DNA of 36,982 nt from an uncultured Planctomycetia bacterium (GTDB lineage Bacteria > Omnitrophota > Gorgyraeia > 2-02-FULL-51-18). The number at the start of each line of letters is the position of its first letter. Positions within the stretch are counted from its first letter, which is position 1. Position numbers and translations under genes: made by a program. This document shows positions 1 through 12,200 of this stretch, piece by piece. Where the stretch lies: NCBI GenBank assembly GCA_964492015.1, contig CAZBIH010000002.1:1-36982 (forward strand). The letters are read 5' to 3'. A model generated the notes under the pieces. It was not told where the DNA came from. It saw nothing but the letters and a program-made list of their open reading frames with translations, and did not search any database.

Positions 1-55
1 CGATCTTCTGAAGCTCGGCAAGGATCTTGATCTGTTCGCTGATGGTGGCTGTCAT
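1..55 (-). CDS. 5' end of a gene continuing beyond the window (first 18 codons, MTATISEQIKILAELQKI...); product unknown
   Basis: ATG at 55..53 is the first start after an in-frame TAG, and the frame stays open to the window edge. The L/I/Q/E pattern is coiled-coil-like. No clear Shine-Dalgarno. Starts 8 nt downstream of tRNA-Val. Confidence 0.3.
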   Translation of the reverse strand, partial: MTATISEQIKILAELQKI

Positions 56-63
56 TTTATCTA

Positions 64-140
64 TGGTAGGCAATACTGGGCTCGAACCAGTGACCTCTTC
101 GATGTGAACGAAGCGCTCTAACCAGCTGAGCTAATTGCCC
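64..140 (-). tRNA. tRNA-Val (anticodon CAC), CCA encoded
   Basis: Reverse complement reads GGGCAATTAGCTCAGCTGGTTAGAGCGCTTCGTTCACATCGAAGAGGTCACTGGTTCGAGCCCAGTATTGCCTACCA. It has a 7-bp acceptor stem, D arm GCTC/GAGC, anticodon stem CTTCG/CGAAG with loop TTCACAT, and T arm ACTGG-TTCGAGC-CCAGT. Length 77 nt. Confidence 0.93.
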
Positions 141-252
141 ATTCATTTTGCCTTCTAAGCTGTGGAGAGACTCATACTCTCTCGAACTTCTCCGAAAAAC
201 TGTCAATAATATCCGTAATTCTACCACACAATCTTTTAGATAGGACACATCT

Positions 253-277
253 AAAATCTTAAAACTCTAAAGATTTT
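253..277 (-). terminator. weak AT-rich hairpin just after the giant ORF stop (possible terminator or processing site upstream of tRNA-Val)
   Basis: aaaatctt (253..260) pairs with aagatttt (270..277) around a 9-nt loop. It begins 4 nt after the TAA at 281..283. There is no strong U-tract and the stem is only 8 AU-rich bp. Confidence 0.2.
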
Positions 278-280
278 GGC

Positions 281-3200
281 TTACGAAGACTGCAACAACA
301 TCCTCGAGGAGGTAAAATAAGCGCGAATAGCCAGCGCAATGCTTGCGGATAAAAGGGCCGGCAGGGCAAAACGGCGCACGGCCGCCGCGTTCCCCTGGAT
401 GAAGCTGACAAATTCTTGGCGGCTCAACCTGTCACCGTAGAAACTACGGTAATATTCATAAGCCTGATCTGCGGAGGTGACCGAAAGATCCCGGCCAATC
501 CCGCCCACACGGCGTACCAGCCCCAACGCGGGCCCGAATTCAAACACGGCCGCGATCTTGGACCGCGGATCCGACTGCAGATCCTCGAGTGTAATAAAAA
601 GATCCGGCACACTCCCGCTTTCCCAGGTTTTGTGGCTCCTCAAGAAGTCCGACTTCATCGACAAATGTGTCCGCGGCGCGCCAAGATCAGGGAATTCCTG
701 CCCCTCTTCCAAGAATACGGCGTGAGCCCCCGAAAGGTCTTTGTTCATGACCCCGAGCGCTTTCCTGCGGATCCCCTCATCCCCCTCAAGCTTCACATAA
801 AGAGAAGCCATCGGCGCTCCGGCAAATCCCGCCAGCAAACTCTTAAGAGCATTGGTCTCAAGCTCCGGCACCGCGTTTTGAAAACCGTTCAGATGGAGCA
901 CAACGTTCACAGTCATAGCCTGAGACGCTTCCAATTTTTGGTCGTTGGCCTTCGCGCGTATTTCTTTCATCATAAATACAATGTCCGCCAGATCAGGCGC
1001 TGATACTTGGCTTGCACTCTCATTAACAACACGGTCTTGAACGGGAACCAGTCGGGCACGCACCTGCCGGTAGACCGCGGGTCCTTTATAAACCGTGATT
1101 TCATCACCATTTTTTTTCTTAAAACGCAAAATTACCGGCGAGTCATAAGATTTGAAGCTCATGGCAATTTCAGCGCGATCAGGAATCCCCTGTTCTTTTT
1201 CTACGCCTGAGACAAAAGCGTCAAACTTAACGTCTAGGTTAGAAGCCAACCTCGCCCCCCGAGGTTCCCTTTCCGCGAGATTCTCGACAATGAACTCAGA
1301 TGCCAGCTTCTGCCTCTGGTCTTCCGGGAATTTCTCCGAGTTGTCCCACACCACCTTGATCTCTCCGGCTATTTCGCCTATAAAACCTTCGGGGAAACCT
1401 TGAGGATATTTGGCTGCGATCGTCTCCAATCCCCTGAATGCACTCGGGGTATAAGGCCCTGCCGTTTTCGCGATGAAAAGCAAGAGATCCTCCCCAACCG
1501 CATCATGGGCTTCCTTCATTCGTTTGGCAGATCCGGCGGACAGATAAAGTTTTCCGGGACTTTTGGCCAAATGGCCCAGCGCTTTAAAAACATCGTTGGA
1601 CCCAGCGCGCTCCATCAATTCAGCTAGGAAGCCCGCTTCCAAATACGGCGAGTTAAGATCGATCAGACGGATCTGCAATACAACCGGCTCAAGATATTTA
1701 TCGGACAAGAATTCATTGCCCGCAAACATCGCTTTCATGAATCGAGAGTCAAGATATTGGCTATAACTTGGATTTCGTTTCATAAGAGCCATGAAACCGA
1801 TCAAACCCCGAAGAAAAGGGATAGAGAAGATCCTCGGCTCTTTATCCGTCTCGGGCGTCATCAGGATCTCATACAAAAATTCGGGATCCGCAAGAAAAGC
1901 GTACTCCGGCCGATCCGGCAGAGCATCCAGATACTCATAAAACAGATCCAGGATGGATGACAACAATCCTTGCATGCCAGGATCCACGGCGGGAAGGACA
2001 GGGCGAAATTTTAGAAAGATCTCTCCAGCCAACGGATGAAGAAAGCGGTTTTTAGTCTCATAATGATCGGTGCCGGAGCCAAGGAAATCCCGAATTTTGC
2101 CCTCCTCCGCTTCCCCGAGATATTGCCCCACAAAATAGGCGATCTTATCCAGGGAATTTTTAAGCGGAGGGAGATACCCATGCTGAGCATCCTGCTTGTA
2201 TCCCCAAAGAATAGAAAAAAGAATGGATGCTTCATCTTTAAGCGACTTTTTTTGCTCCAAATACTTAAAAATTTTATGAATTAAGTAAACCGCTTCATTC
2301 GTACGTCTCTCATAGAAGTACTTCCGCAAATAAGGCCGAACATCCGGCTGGTCGGCAAAAGGCAAAAGATCTCTAAAAGCTTCAAGATGCTCTTTCTGAG
2401 ATTTCTCAGTCCATGGCGTTCTTAGCACCGTCAGGTCTTTGTGAATCTGATCCTGGTTAAAATCCTCTGCTAACCTAGCCCCCTTCTCCGAAGCTTTCTT
2501 AACCAGGTCTTGAACGTATTTCACAATGAGCTCCTGCTTCTCATCCAGGGAGTGTCCATCCTCCACATGATGGATCACCCGCATTTCAACCGCGATGTTG
2601 CCAAGTTCGGCTTCGGAAAATTGATTTTCGCGCGCTTTAGTCAGATCGATCAAGGCGTCCAATACTTCCTCGGTATGAGGTCCGGCTAATTTGGCTACAT
2701 GCATCAAAAGATCAGTTCCAACGGCATCGCGAACCTCCGCCACAGCGGCTTTTGAAAGATAGATCACTAGTTCTGGAAATCTATACAATGAGTTCAGCGC
2801 CGCCGAGTTTGGGCCAACGCTTTCTAAAAATTCTGCGATCCTCTCGGGATCATCAAAATACGAGGCCTGATCGGCATGGCGTGTCGAATTAATCGCGTTC
2901 GGCAACGCCATCACGTTATAAATTGGCAGACTTGAATTGATCGCCAGAATGAACCTTCTATTAAGATAACGCGGATCAAAAACACCTCTTCTTACTGAAC
3001 CGATAAACTGCTCTAAATTTCTGAGAAAAAAGAACGACATGCCAAAATTCCTGTCCTCCGGCGACTCCTCCAAAAGCTGTTTCAAATAATCCTCGTCGAT
3101 AAGGAATTGGTATTTGGGCTGAATTTCGCCTGACTTGTCAAAAAGCAGTTCTTCTTGCTGTGAGATAGCGCCTAGATAGTCATAAAGCCCGTCTAAAAAT

Positions 3201-6200
3201 TTTAGTTCATGATCCGGTGGAAGCGCTGTGCGAATCTTTAGAAAAATTTTAACAGCGGCTTTATATAAAGGTTTTTTTAGCGTGTCCATATAGTGATGAA
3301 GCGCGCTGTTGTCCCAAAGGGATTCCAGTTCCAAAAACCCAAAAAATTTAGAAAGCTCCTCTTCTGTCGCGTTTTTCAGAAAGGGCTTCAAAATACGGGA
3401 TACCCGTCCATAGTGCTCTTTCATCAACAACATAAAGGATCCGGGAACCATAGCGATTTTCCTGTACCTGTACAAGTGATGAAGAAGGAACGGGTGACGG
3501 TTGTTATCCTGTTCAGCGCTCAATAAAAATCTTAAGAACAGTGTGTATTTTTTGTTGAGGTTGTATTGTAGAGAATACGTAGTAAGCACCTTTTGCACGT
3601 CTTTTCTATCCAGAACAGGCATCAGCCTGGCAATGTGAGTCTCCTCGAGACCGGCTGGCAATTTTGACTTTGCCAGAATTTGCTTACTCTCCTCGATCTG
3701 GGTTTCGCTCAAGCGAGCGCCCTGCCCTATTTTTCCATTTTCAATTTTCCATTTTCCATTGCCTAGCCTTGCCCCCGCCGTAAACTCGCTCATCCAATCC
3801 ACAATTATTTCCCAGCGTTTGGGATTCGCAATTTGTTCATCCTTCAACCTGTTCGAGAGGGCTTTGAGCGCCACGGCAAAATCGCCGATGACAGAAGGAG
3901 GAAATCCTGAATGATAACGCATCGTATATCGAGTCAATATTCTGTACGCTGTCGATACACGATCGCCGGTGATATTTAAAATATAACTTAGAAAATCTGT
4001 CTCCACGATTGGCCGGACCTCCTCCAGTGCCAAAGGAGTCAAGTAAGGCCCAAGATTCTGTAAAGAAGACATCACAAGTGGATCCGTATGGGTTTTGACG
4101 ATCAACTTTGCCAAAAAGTCAGGATCAACCAGTAAGGGATTGAGATTGGATTTTTGTACCTCTTTGATCGTCCTCATCACCAGCGCCACTTTCGAGGATT
4201 GCGTCCTACGAATATCTCCTTTGATTGTCCCAAGCGCCAGGAGAAAACGCGGATGAATATAACCCCGACCGATCTTCTTCAAACGCATCTCTTCCACAAG
4301 GATTCTCAGATTTCTCAAAGCCTCTCCGGAAAAATCCTCCGCGTCATAGCCTTGAGAGCGGACAACCATCTCGACAAGCACCGGATTCAAGAGCATATCT
4401 TTTTCTTGTTGGGTCAATGCCATCCGGATCTTTGTAGCTTTGCCTTGCGACAAAACAGCCTGGACGTATTGGCTTATATCCTCGAGCGCGACAGCCTCAT
4501 CCTCTTGCCTTATAAAAGGTTTGATTCTTAAAAATAATTCTCTGATCTTTTGATCCGCCTCGTCTTGCGACAGTCTCGCCCCCGCCGTTTCATCCGACAA
4601 TCCCAGCATCTCCTCCAGCCCCAGTTCCGGCAAGCGGCCGCGTTTGGCCTTGAGGAGCGCAATCTTGAGAATGATGCCCATGAGTTCTTCGGTGGTGGGC
4701 TCGTGATCCAAGTTGACGGACTTGGTAAATTGGCTCACCCCCGGAGTATTAATTCCGATGAAAACAATATCGATCCCTTTTTCATTGGCTTCCGCCAGAG
4801 ATTCAGGGCTGGCCGAGCCTTCGCCATCCGTCAGGATAATTTCGAGTTTATTTTTCTGCGTCGCCTCTTTTTCGTGCTTGCGGATAGCGCCATTCACCGC
4901 GGCCTGGATGTCCGTGCCTTCGCTGGCAAGACGCGCGCGGATATTACCGAGGGCTTGCTCGATCTTTTGTTTGTTGCGGGAGTCTTGAAATTTTAAAAAT
5001 TGATAAAAGCGGTTACCCAACCCGCCCAGAGAAAACTCGACACCTTTATTTCGCACCGCCGAATAAAAGAAAAGCGAGCTGTAAATGCGCACCATGTCCA
5101 TAAATACCTGATCCAGCCCGCCGCCGGTGCTCCCGCTGATATCGATCGTCAGGCCGATGCTGACCGACGCCAGGCCCTCGACGACATGCGTCACCTTGAA
5201 TGCCTCCGGGTCCCATTCGATGACGCGGAGCATATCCGGCTCGTCGCCTTCTTCGGCGTAGCTGTACATCACTTTGGGCGAGCCGACAAAGGCGGTGAGA
5301 AATTTATTGATGAGTCCCTGGCCGACGGATTCGAGCTCTTCGAGATCCCCATGAACATCGGTGGACGCATCTTCGGCTTTCTCCTCATCATCGTCTTTTT
5401 TATCTTCACTTCCCGATTGACCGGTCCCTATTCCTGTCTGATCAGCCTGAGTGAGAGGCCGTAATGGATTTTTTGTGCCTTTGGGCCTCTTTTTTCCTGT
5501 AATTCGTATGCTGCCTTTTCGAGGCCTTATGCTCCTTTTTAAAATGCTCTTCTTCTTGTCATGTTCGGGCGTGTTAATTTTTGTGGAAGAACCGCCATCG
5601 ACGTAGTCCACAATTTCAATCTCGAGATCGGAAGGACCATCCACACCTCTTAGCATTTCAGTCATATAAGCCTCGCCGCCACCTCCGGTATTGACAATTA
5701 CTTTTTTGCGATAAACCCCTTTTTTCGCCGTATAGAGAAATTTTTGCCTATATTCATAAATAATTGCGGCAATTTTTTGGATCTGTGCGTTGTTCATAGA
5801 GAGAATTTCGTCCACGATTTTTTGGATTCTGTCGTTTTCATAATTATCAGTAATAAGCTCCTTTTCTTCTGTCACGGGAACTTTTTCTTGATACCGCTTC
5901 GCAAGCAAAAGGCCGTTTAGAATACCTTTGGCGGCTTGAGTATATTCGCCTTTTTCGTCCTTATTTTTAAAAATCAGCTTTGCCAATTCATGATTAAGAT
6001 AGGCTTTGGGATCCTCCGAAAAAATAAGTGGGAAAAGCATTGAATTAAGTTCCCTGTTGGCCGGTATTTCGCGGTCACTTTTTCTTGAACGTATTTGGTC
6101 AATCATGTGACCCAATTCGTGATACGCCATCCAACTAATGAATTCTTTCCGCGAAACTCCTGGGGGAGTCTGACTTGCCGCGCTTTCAAACACCACCGCG

Positions 6201-9200
6201 TATTCTCCCTCAAAATAGGCGCTGGCGTCTTTTGAGGGGAATTCATCCCCAGGCACAACATTGGCCTGAACAAAACTATCTTTAAATTTACTCGGATCCA
6301 ACCCCAATTTTTTAAATTGATCTTCACCAAAGGAGAAAATTTGAGATATTTTCTCCGCAAGAACGATGGTATAGGCGACTTCCCCAGCCTGGGAGACCTT
6401 GACAGCCATCGGTAAGAATAGATGCACCCCATGCCGCACAAATATGCTTCGCATCTTAAACATGGCATCTCTTAGTTTATCTTCATGCACAACGGACCGG
6501 TTATAAAGCGTTGTAAAATGTACGAGTGCTTTTTCAAGATCAGGGTCCAATTTCCTCGCGGCATTGTAAACAGATTGAATGAGAGAATCTCCCCCTTGCC
6601 CATCTGCCATGACGTGCACAAAAGGCGCGAGAATTTGTCTGGCGAAGACAAGCGTAGCCTCGGGCGACGCGGCATTAAAACGATCAGCCTCTTTCTGAAT
6701 CTCGGGGATATCATAATGAATATTGACTTCGTCTGACTTCAACTCCGGAGGCCTACTGTCTTCCGGAACTTCATCTAAATCATTTAGTTCCTTTTCATAA
6801 GCATCAATATCATTGAGTCTTTTCAAAATCGTCTCAATCGAATCGCGGTGAAGCACCTCTTCCGAACCCCAGAGATCGAGCGTCCGCGGCTCCACGGGCA
6901 CATATTGCTCGCCACGGGTGACAGCCAACGGTTGAACGACAGCGGCTCTTTCTAACTCAAGAGCCTTACGGCTTTTATCAATTCCTCGGCGGTGATATTC
7001 ATAAAGGATGTCGTTTAAAGCCCAGTTCTCATAATCCATCGGGTTGGGCGGCCATAACTTGTCAGCATAGGAAACAATTTCACGGGCAAATTCTTCGCGG
7101 CCTGAGTATTTCTCCATGGGGTTGAACGTCAGCACGACCATGATCTCGTCATCCACCTCAACCTCAAAACTTTCACCGGCGTACTCCACGCTAAAACGCC
7201 TTTCTCCGCGAAAAAGCGGCATGAGCGCGTAGATCAATTCCGGCGAGGCGTTGGCTTCGTCGATCAAGAGGATCGAGCGCGACGATGTTTCCTGCCCGGG
7301 CACAAGAATGCGCTTCCAATCGGCCTCACCGGCTTTGCGGACTTTTCCGGTGCGCGCTAAAAATTCCTTGATGCCCAATTCAAACTTTCCTTCTTTTACT
7401 TTTAGGCCCGCCGTGATATCGGAAACCTTCAGATCTTCATAAGCGTTGAGCGTGTACAAAGGCACACCCCAAATACGGCTTAAATTTCGTATACCCGTGG
7501 TCTTGGCGGCGCCTGTCTCGCCGTTTTCCATCACGACGCGAGGCAAAGACACACGGCCTTTAGGATCACGCACCCGGATCCAGGACTGCAAGAGGCTTGC
7601 GAACATCCGAGCGATCTCTTCGGTGTAGCGAAGATACTCCGGTGTTGAGACTTCCGACGGGGGCAGAGCGCGCTCCTGGTTGAAAGCGTCCCGCGCCAGC
7701 GGCAGACCGCCGATAGAGTCGATGAGTTCCATTTCGATCGTGAGAGTTTCCCCGTCTTTTTTGGCGTACAGGCCTTCCGAAAGCCGGCGGCCCTTCTCAA
7801 GCGCCTCAGCGGTCATAGGATAGACAGCGCCCGGAGTGCGGATCGCGAACATCGTTTGAGCCTCGTCGTTGGTAGCGGTTTTTTCAATACGAATGCCGTT
7901 GGCCAACCCCACACTGTCGCCCTCGGCTTTTAAGCCCGACAGATCGAGAGTGACTACACGTTTGCCGGTTTGCACAAGCGCCAGGCGCTCGTGGATCGCG
8001 GCTATGGTTTCCTGATAAAAATATTTGACCTGGGTGGGCTTGGCTTTTTTCTTAAAAACCAATTCGGCTAAAAGATGATCCCGGATAATTTCCTTTTCCA
8101 CTTTCAAGCGGTCGGACTTCTCAAGCGCCTGCAGATACACCATCGCCGCGGCTTTGAGCACGTAATACAGCGGATTGGGATTTAAGGGTTTAAAATCAGC
8201 CTGTTTGTCCGTCTGAATAATTTCAGCAAGCTTGAACACTTCTCTCACGGTGAAACCATAACGGAGGCCGAATCGCTGAGTTTTGTCGTATTCGCTCACT
8301 TTTTTAGCCAGCTCCAGGATCCACTCGGCTTCACTCTCATCCACAAGCGGATAACGGTTCATCAAAAGGGTTTTGACTTCGTCAAAATCCTCAAACGCGT
8401 CGACCCGCACCGGCAGAAAACGGTTGATGAACGCCGAGGAGAATTTGTGCTCCACCGCCGAGGAGATCTGCAAGTTCACCCATTCCGGCAAAATATACTC
8501 GATCGACTCGCCTTTCTCATTCTGCAGGGTCATGCGCCGCGCCTGGAGCATCTCGCTCAAAATAATGTTGAGGATCACTCTCTGTCTTTCGGGGATGGCG
8601 TCCATGAGATTGAAAAAAAGAAGTTTCTGGGCATGGGGTTTACCTTTTTCAGTCCGGTATTCCTCCTCTGTCAGAAAATGCCTCAACATAAATCCAAGCG
8701 TCATCTGAAATTCCTTGGAAGCGGCTTCCTTGGCGACTCCATACTTGTCGAACTCTGACTCAAACTTCATCAAAACGCTCGAAACCAGATGCATCCGCGT
8801 CATCTGGGGATGTGACCACAGCGTGTGAAACTCACGGCCTGAAAGATAAGCGAATTTGCGCGCCAAGTCGTACGCATCCGCGCCCTCGGATTCCAGATAG
8901 GCTGTCGGCGCGTGAAGTGAGAGTCCGAAGGCCATCGCGCGAAGCGCGCTATTTTGCGACGGAAGCTCTTCCGGATAAGCGATATCAGTCTCGGAAACAT
9001 TGGTCACGCCTTCCGACTTTTCAAGGAGAATACCCCCGAAATCAATTTGGCCGTTTTTTTGTGAAATTTTTACGGGGCTTCTCCACCATTTCAAATGTTC
9101 TATAAAATCAACCCCAAAAATATCCGTCACCTCCAGCCACATTTTGGGGAATTCCATCCGGTCCAGACGGGAAAGATAGGCGGTCATGATCCCCGCGAAC

Positions 9201-12200
9201 AGAGCACGCTCTACTCCTTGAGCGTTATCCCCGCGCTTGACCGCCTGCATCACCGACTCGGTGACAAGGATCAGCTGGCGGGGGCTCAGCTCCGTGCGAT
9301 GCGGATGAACCTCGTTGAAACGCAGGTGAAGTTTGGCGATCCTGTCTTTCAATCCTGAATTCAACTTTTCCCCTTGCAGGGTGTAATCAATGATACGTAT
9401 CGCGTCCGCGTGTGAAAGGGCGTTGTCCGACCAGATCTTGTGCGAAAGCGTATCCGCGCCATAAGGGATCTGCTCGCGGCCGCTGATGGACCCGGCGGGA
9501 TTCTGAGTGATGCCGATATGGAAAGAGGGGTGCCGTTTTACGATCTGTCCGTGAAGCCCCGGATGAAAAGTCCCTAGATCGAATTGGTCCAGACGGCTTA
9601 AGTGGGTCAAAAACGAGATCACTTCTTGTGAATTAGCGCCGATCGCGCCCTCATCCAGAAGAAATAGGCCTCCCTCGCTGTATGCCTTTAAGAAATCCAG
9701 CGTAAAGTGCCCGTCAGCATCCTTGTCCGAGGTCAAAATAAATTTGTCGCCGCGTTTGGACAGGCGTCCTAAAAAAGTCCCTAGATCAATTTCACCGTAC
9801 ATCAGCTGGCGATAGTAGGGTTCTCCCAGACGCTTGGCGAGCTCACCAAAAGATACGGTTTTGCCGCCGCCCGGATATCCCTCGATCAAAATAGGCCGCC
9901 CGTGGCGCCAGGCGATGATCATCGCGGCGAGCTGCCGTACCAGAGTTTCGGTCGGCGCCAGAAATAATTTTTTATCGGGGATCTCCGTGTAGCGCGTATC
10001 GATGGAAATGCCGTCCACGACCAGCCGCACAACTCCGGAGACATTATTTTTGGCGTAATGAATTTGCCACGACGGATCCGCCATCGGCGCCGGGAGAATA
10101 CTCAAGCCTTTCTGGTATTCAGGCCTCAATCCGATGCCCAGGGTGTAATAAGCCACTTTATGAACGAGCGCCTCTGTTTCTGGGTTCCAATCCCGCGAAA
10201 AAACTTTTTGAGTGTTTAGTTCTGCCAAAAAGGTATCCAGATCTTTTCGGCCGAGGCGGTTGTGCTCATATTCATAGTTTTTGGCCTCTTTCTTGTAAGC
10301 TTCAAATACTTCCAGCGCGATAGCAATTAAGGGAAGTGTGAACGCGGACGGAGTCTGCGACAACTTGGCTTGAAAATACCGCTTGATCCAGGCTTCATCC
10401 AAAACATCACCGACATTGACGCTGATAAAACGGTCGATCTCAGCGGCGGAGAGCTGAGTCTTTTCGACGGCAGAGCCGGTGGCGATAAATTTAAGATTGG
10501 ACGGCGCCTGCGTATAGAACCAGCGCGCGAACTCAAGGCGTGTCGTCGGGTCCAGAAGAGCCGTTTCGGCATCATCCCCTAGAAGGCGCCCAGTTGATTT
10601 CTGGTATTCACGAGCCAAGGCTGTGAGAAATCCGGAATCTTTTTTATCCAGAATTTTTTCTATCAATGCCGAAGCGATGCCGCCGTCAATGCTTTCGGCC
10701 AGGCTTTCAAGCCGGCCTGTCTGGAAAAATTCATTCAAGAGCGGCGCCGATTGGGGATTAAGCCGCGTGTAATTGTGCAACACAACAGTGTGAGTTTTGT
10801 CCGAGGACCGCAGTCTCGCCTCCTCGATCAACTCCGGGATCATTCCAAGGCCGTGCTCGAATTGCGGCGACAGACGGTCCAGAGCCTCCCACCCTTGAGG
10901 CCGTTGCTTTTCCTGACTCTTACGCGGAGGAATAAAACCGCTGACGAATTGCCTGCGGCGATGAAAATAACTGAGCGGCACATCATGAATGACCGCCTGG
11001 GCATCTTCGCGGCTGATCAGGGAATCCAGTTTTGAGAGATCGCTTGTCGCGTTGGAGAAAACAAGAACGGGTTTCTTTTTCTTAAAAGCCCTGGAGAACG
11101 CCTGATCGGCATTGATATTCCGGGCTTCGATCCCCCCCTCTTTCAAGATCGCGTGCACCAGATTCCTGGCGCGGGCCTTGTCCTCGATCTCCTTCCACAT
11201 AAAAACATAAACTCCCTCCACCGCTTTCGCGAAAGCCGCGGGCGCGTCATCGCCGTGAGTAAGATAATATTTGAAATCTTCCAGCACGCGGATCAACTCG
11301 CGGCGGGTAATGTCTTGAGGGGAAGTAAAAAGACGGTTTTTTATTTTAGCTTTGGCTAATTGCAAGTGAAGTTTAGTAAGTATCGGCGCGAAACGCTTGC
11401 TCTGGGCGTCCAGGTCTTGTTCTTTAAAAAATCCATGAATGATCTCGGGCAGTTCGGCGGGGTCGGTGGCCATGTAATAGCGGGGAATATGCGCGGCGAT
11501 GCGGGGCGGAGTGGCTTGGCGGCCGGTAAATCCGTCGGGGTTTACCGTATACAGCCACAAATTATTCCGGTGGATCGCGGTTGAGCGGATCCCTTTGTTT
11601 TCAGGATCCAGAGGCGCAAATTCCGGCAGATACTTGAGGTTCCGGCCGGCTGTTTCGGGGAAATTCCAATAATAAAGCGAGTTGTTCTGGTTGGTGTTCA
11701 TTTCATTGTACAAAAATAAATGGCCGCCTTCTTCCAACCGCTTCAAGTACTGTGCCTCATAGAGACGGTAGCGGCCGTCCTGCGTCACACGGATGTGGCC
11801 GCGGAAATCCGCCAAGTCCGTGTCTTCGTTGATCGTATTTTCCTCGAGGCCCAAGCCCACCATGCGGGAAAAAACACGGGCAAGCTCGGTCTTGCCTTCA
11901 CCGGAGGGACCCTCGATCTGAGCCATCTGAGTACCGTATTTGAGATCACGGACAAGTTGAGAAAAAACACGTGCTTCCAGATCCGACACAACAAATCCGT
12001 ACCGGCCACGGATCAGCTCCCGGGGAGACTTTTCAGGCGAAGCTTCTACGGCTCGTTTGAAATCCTCTGACATCTTGATCCCCACGCCATCAAAAAATAT
12101 CAGATCCCCCGCGATCTCGATCTGAGGCGTGCCGGGATTTTTTCCTTTCAAAAATTCAAGCGTTTTTCTGTCTTCGGCGTTCCTCAACCGCAACCAGAGA

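Noticed and set aside
57-248. 63-aa minus-strand ORF from the ORF track
   Set aside because: It overlaps the whole tRNA-Val gene (64..140). It has no SD and no recognisable protein features, so it is almost certainly spurious.
4922-4936. A 21st 'ARLAS' string (GNIRARLASEGTD)
   Set aside because: It lies inside the vWA fold, directly before the conserved GT MIDAS segment. It lacks the preceding tail element and the following charged linker, so I treat it as a coincidence and not a junction.
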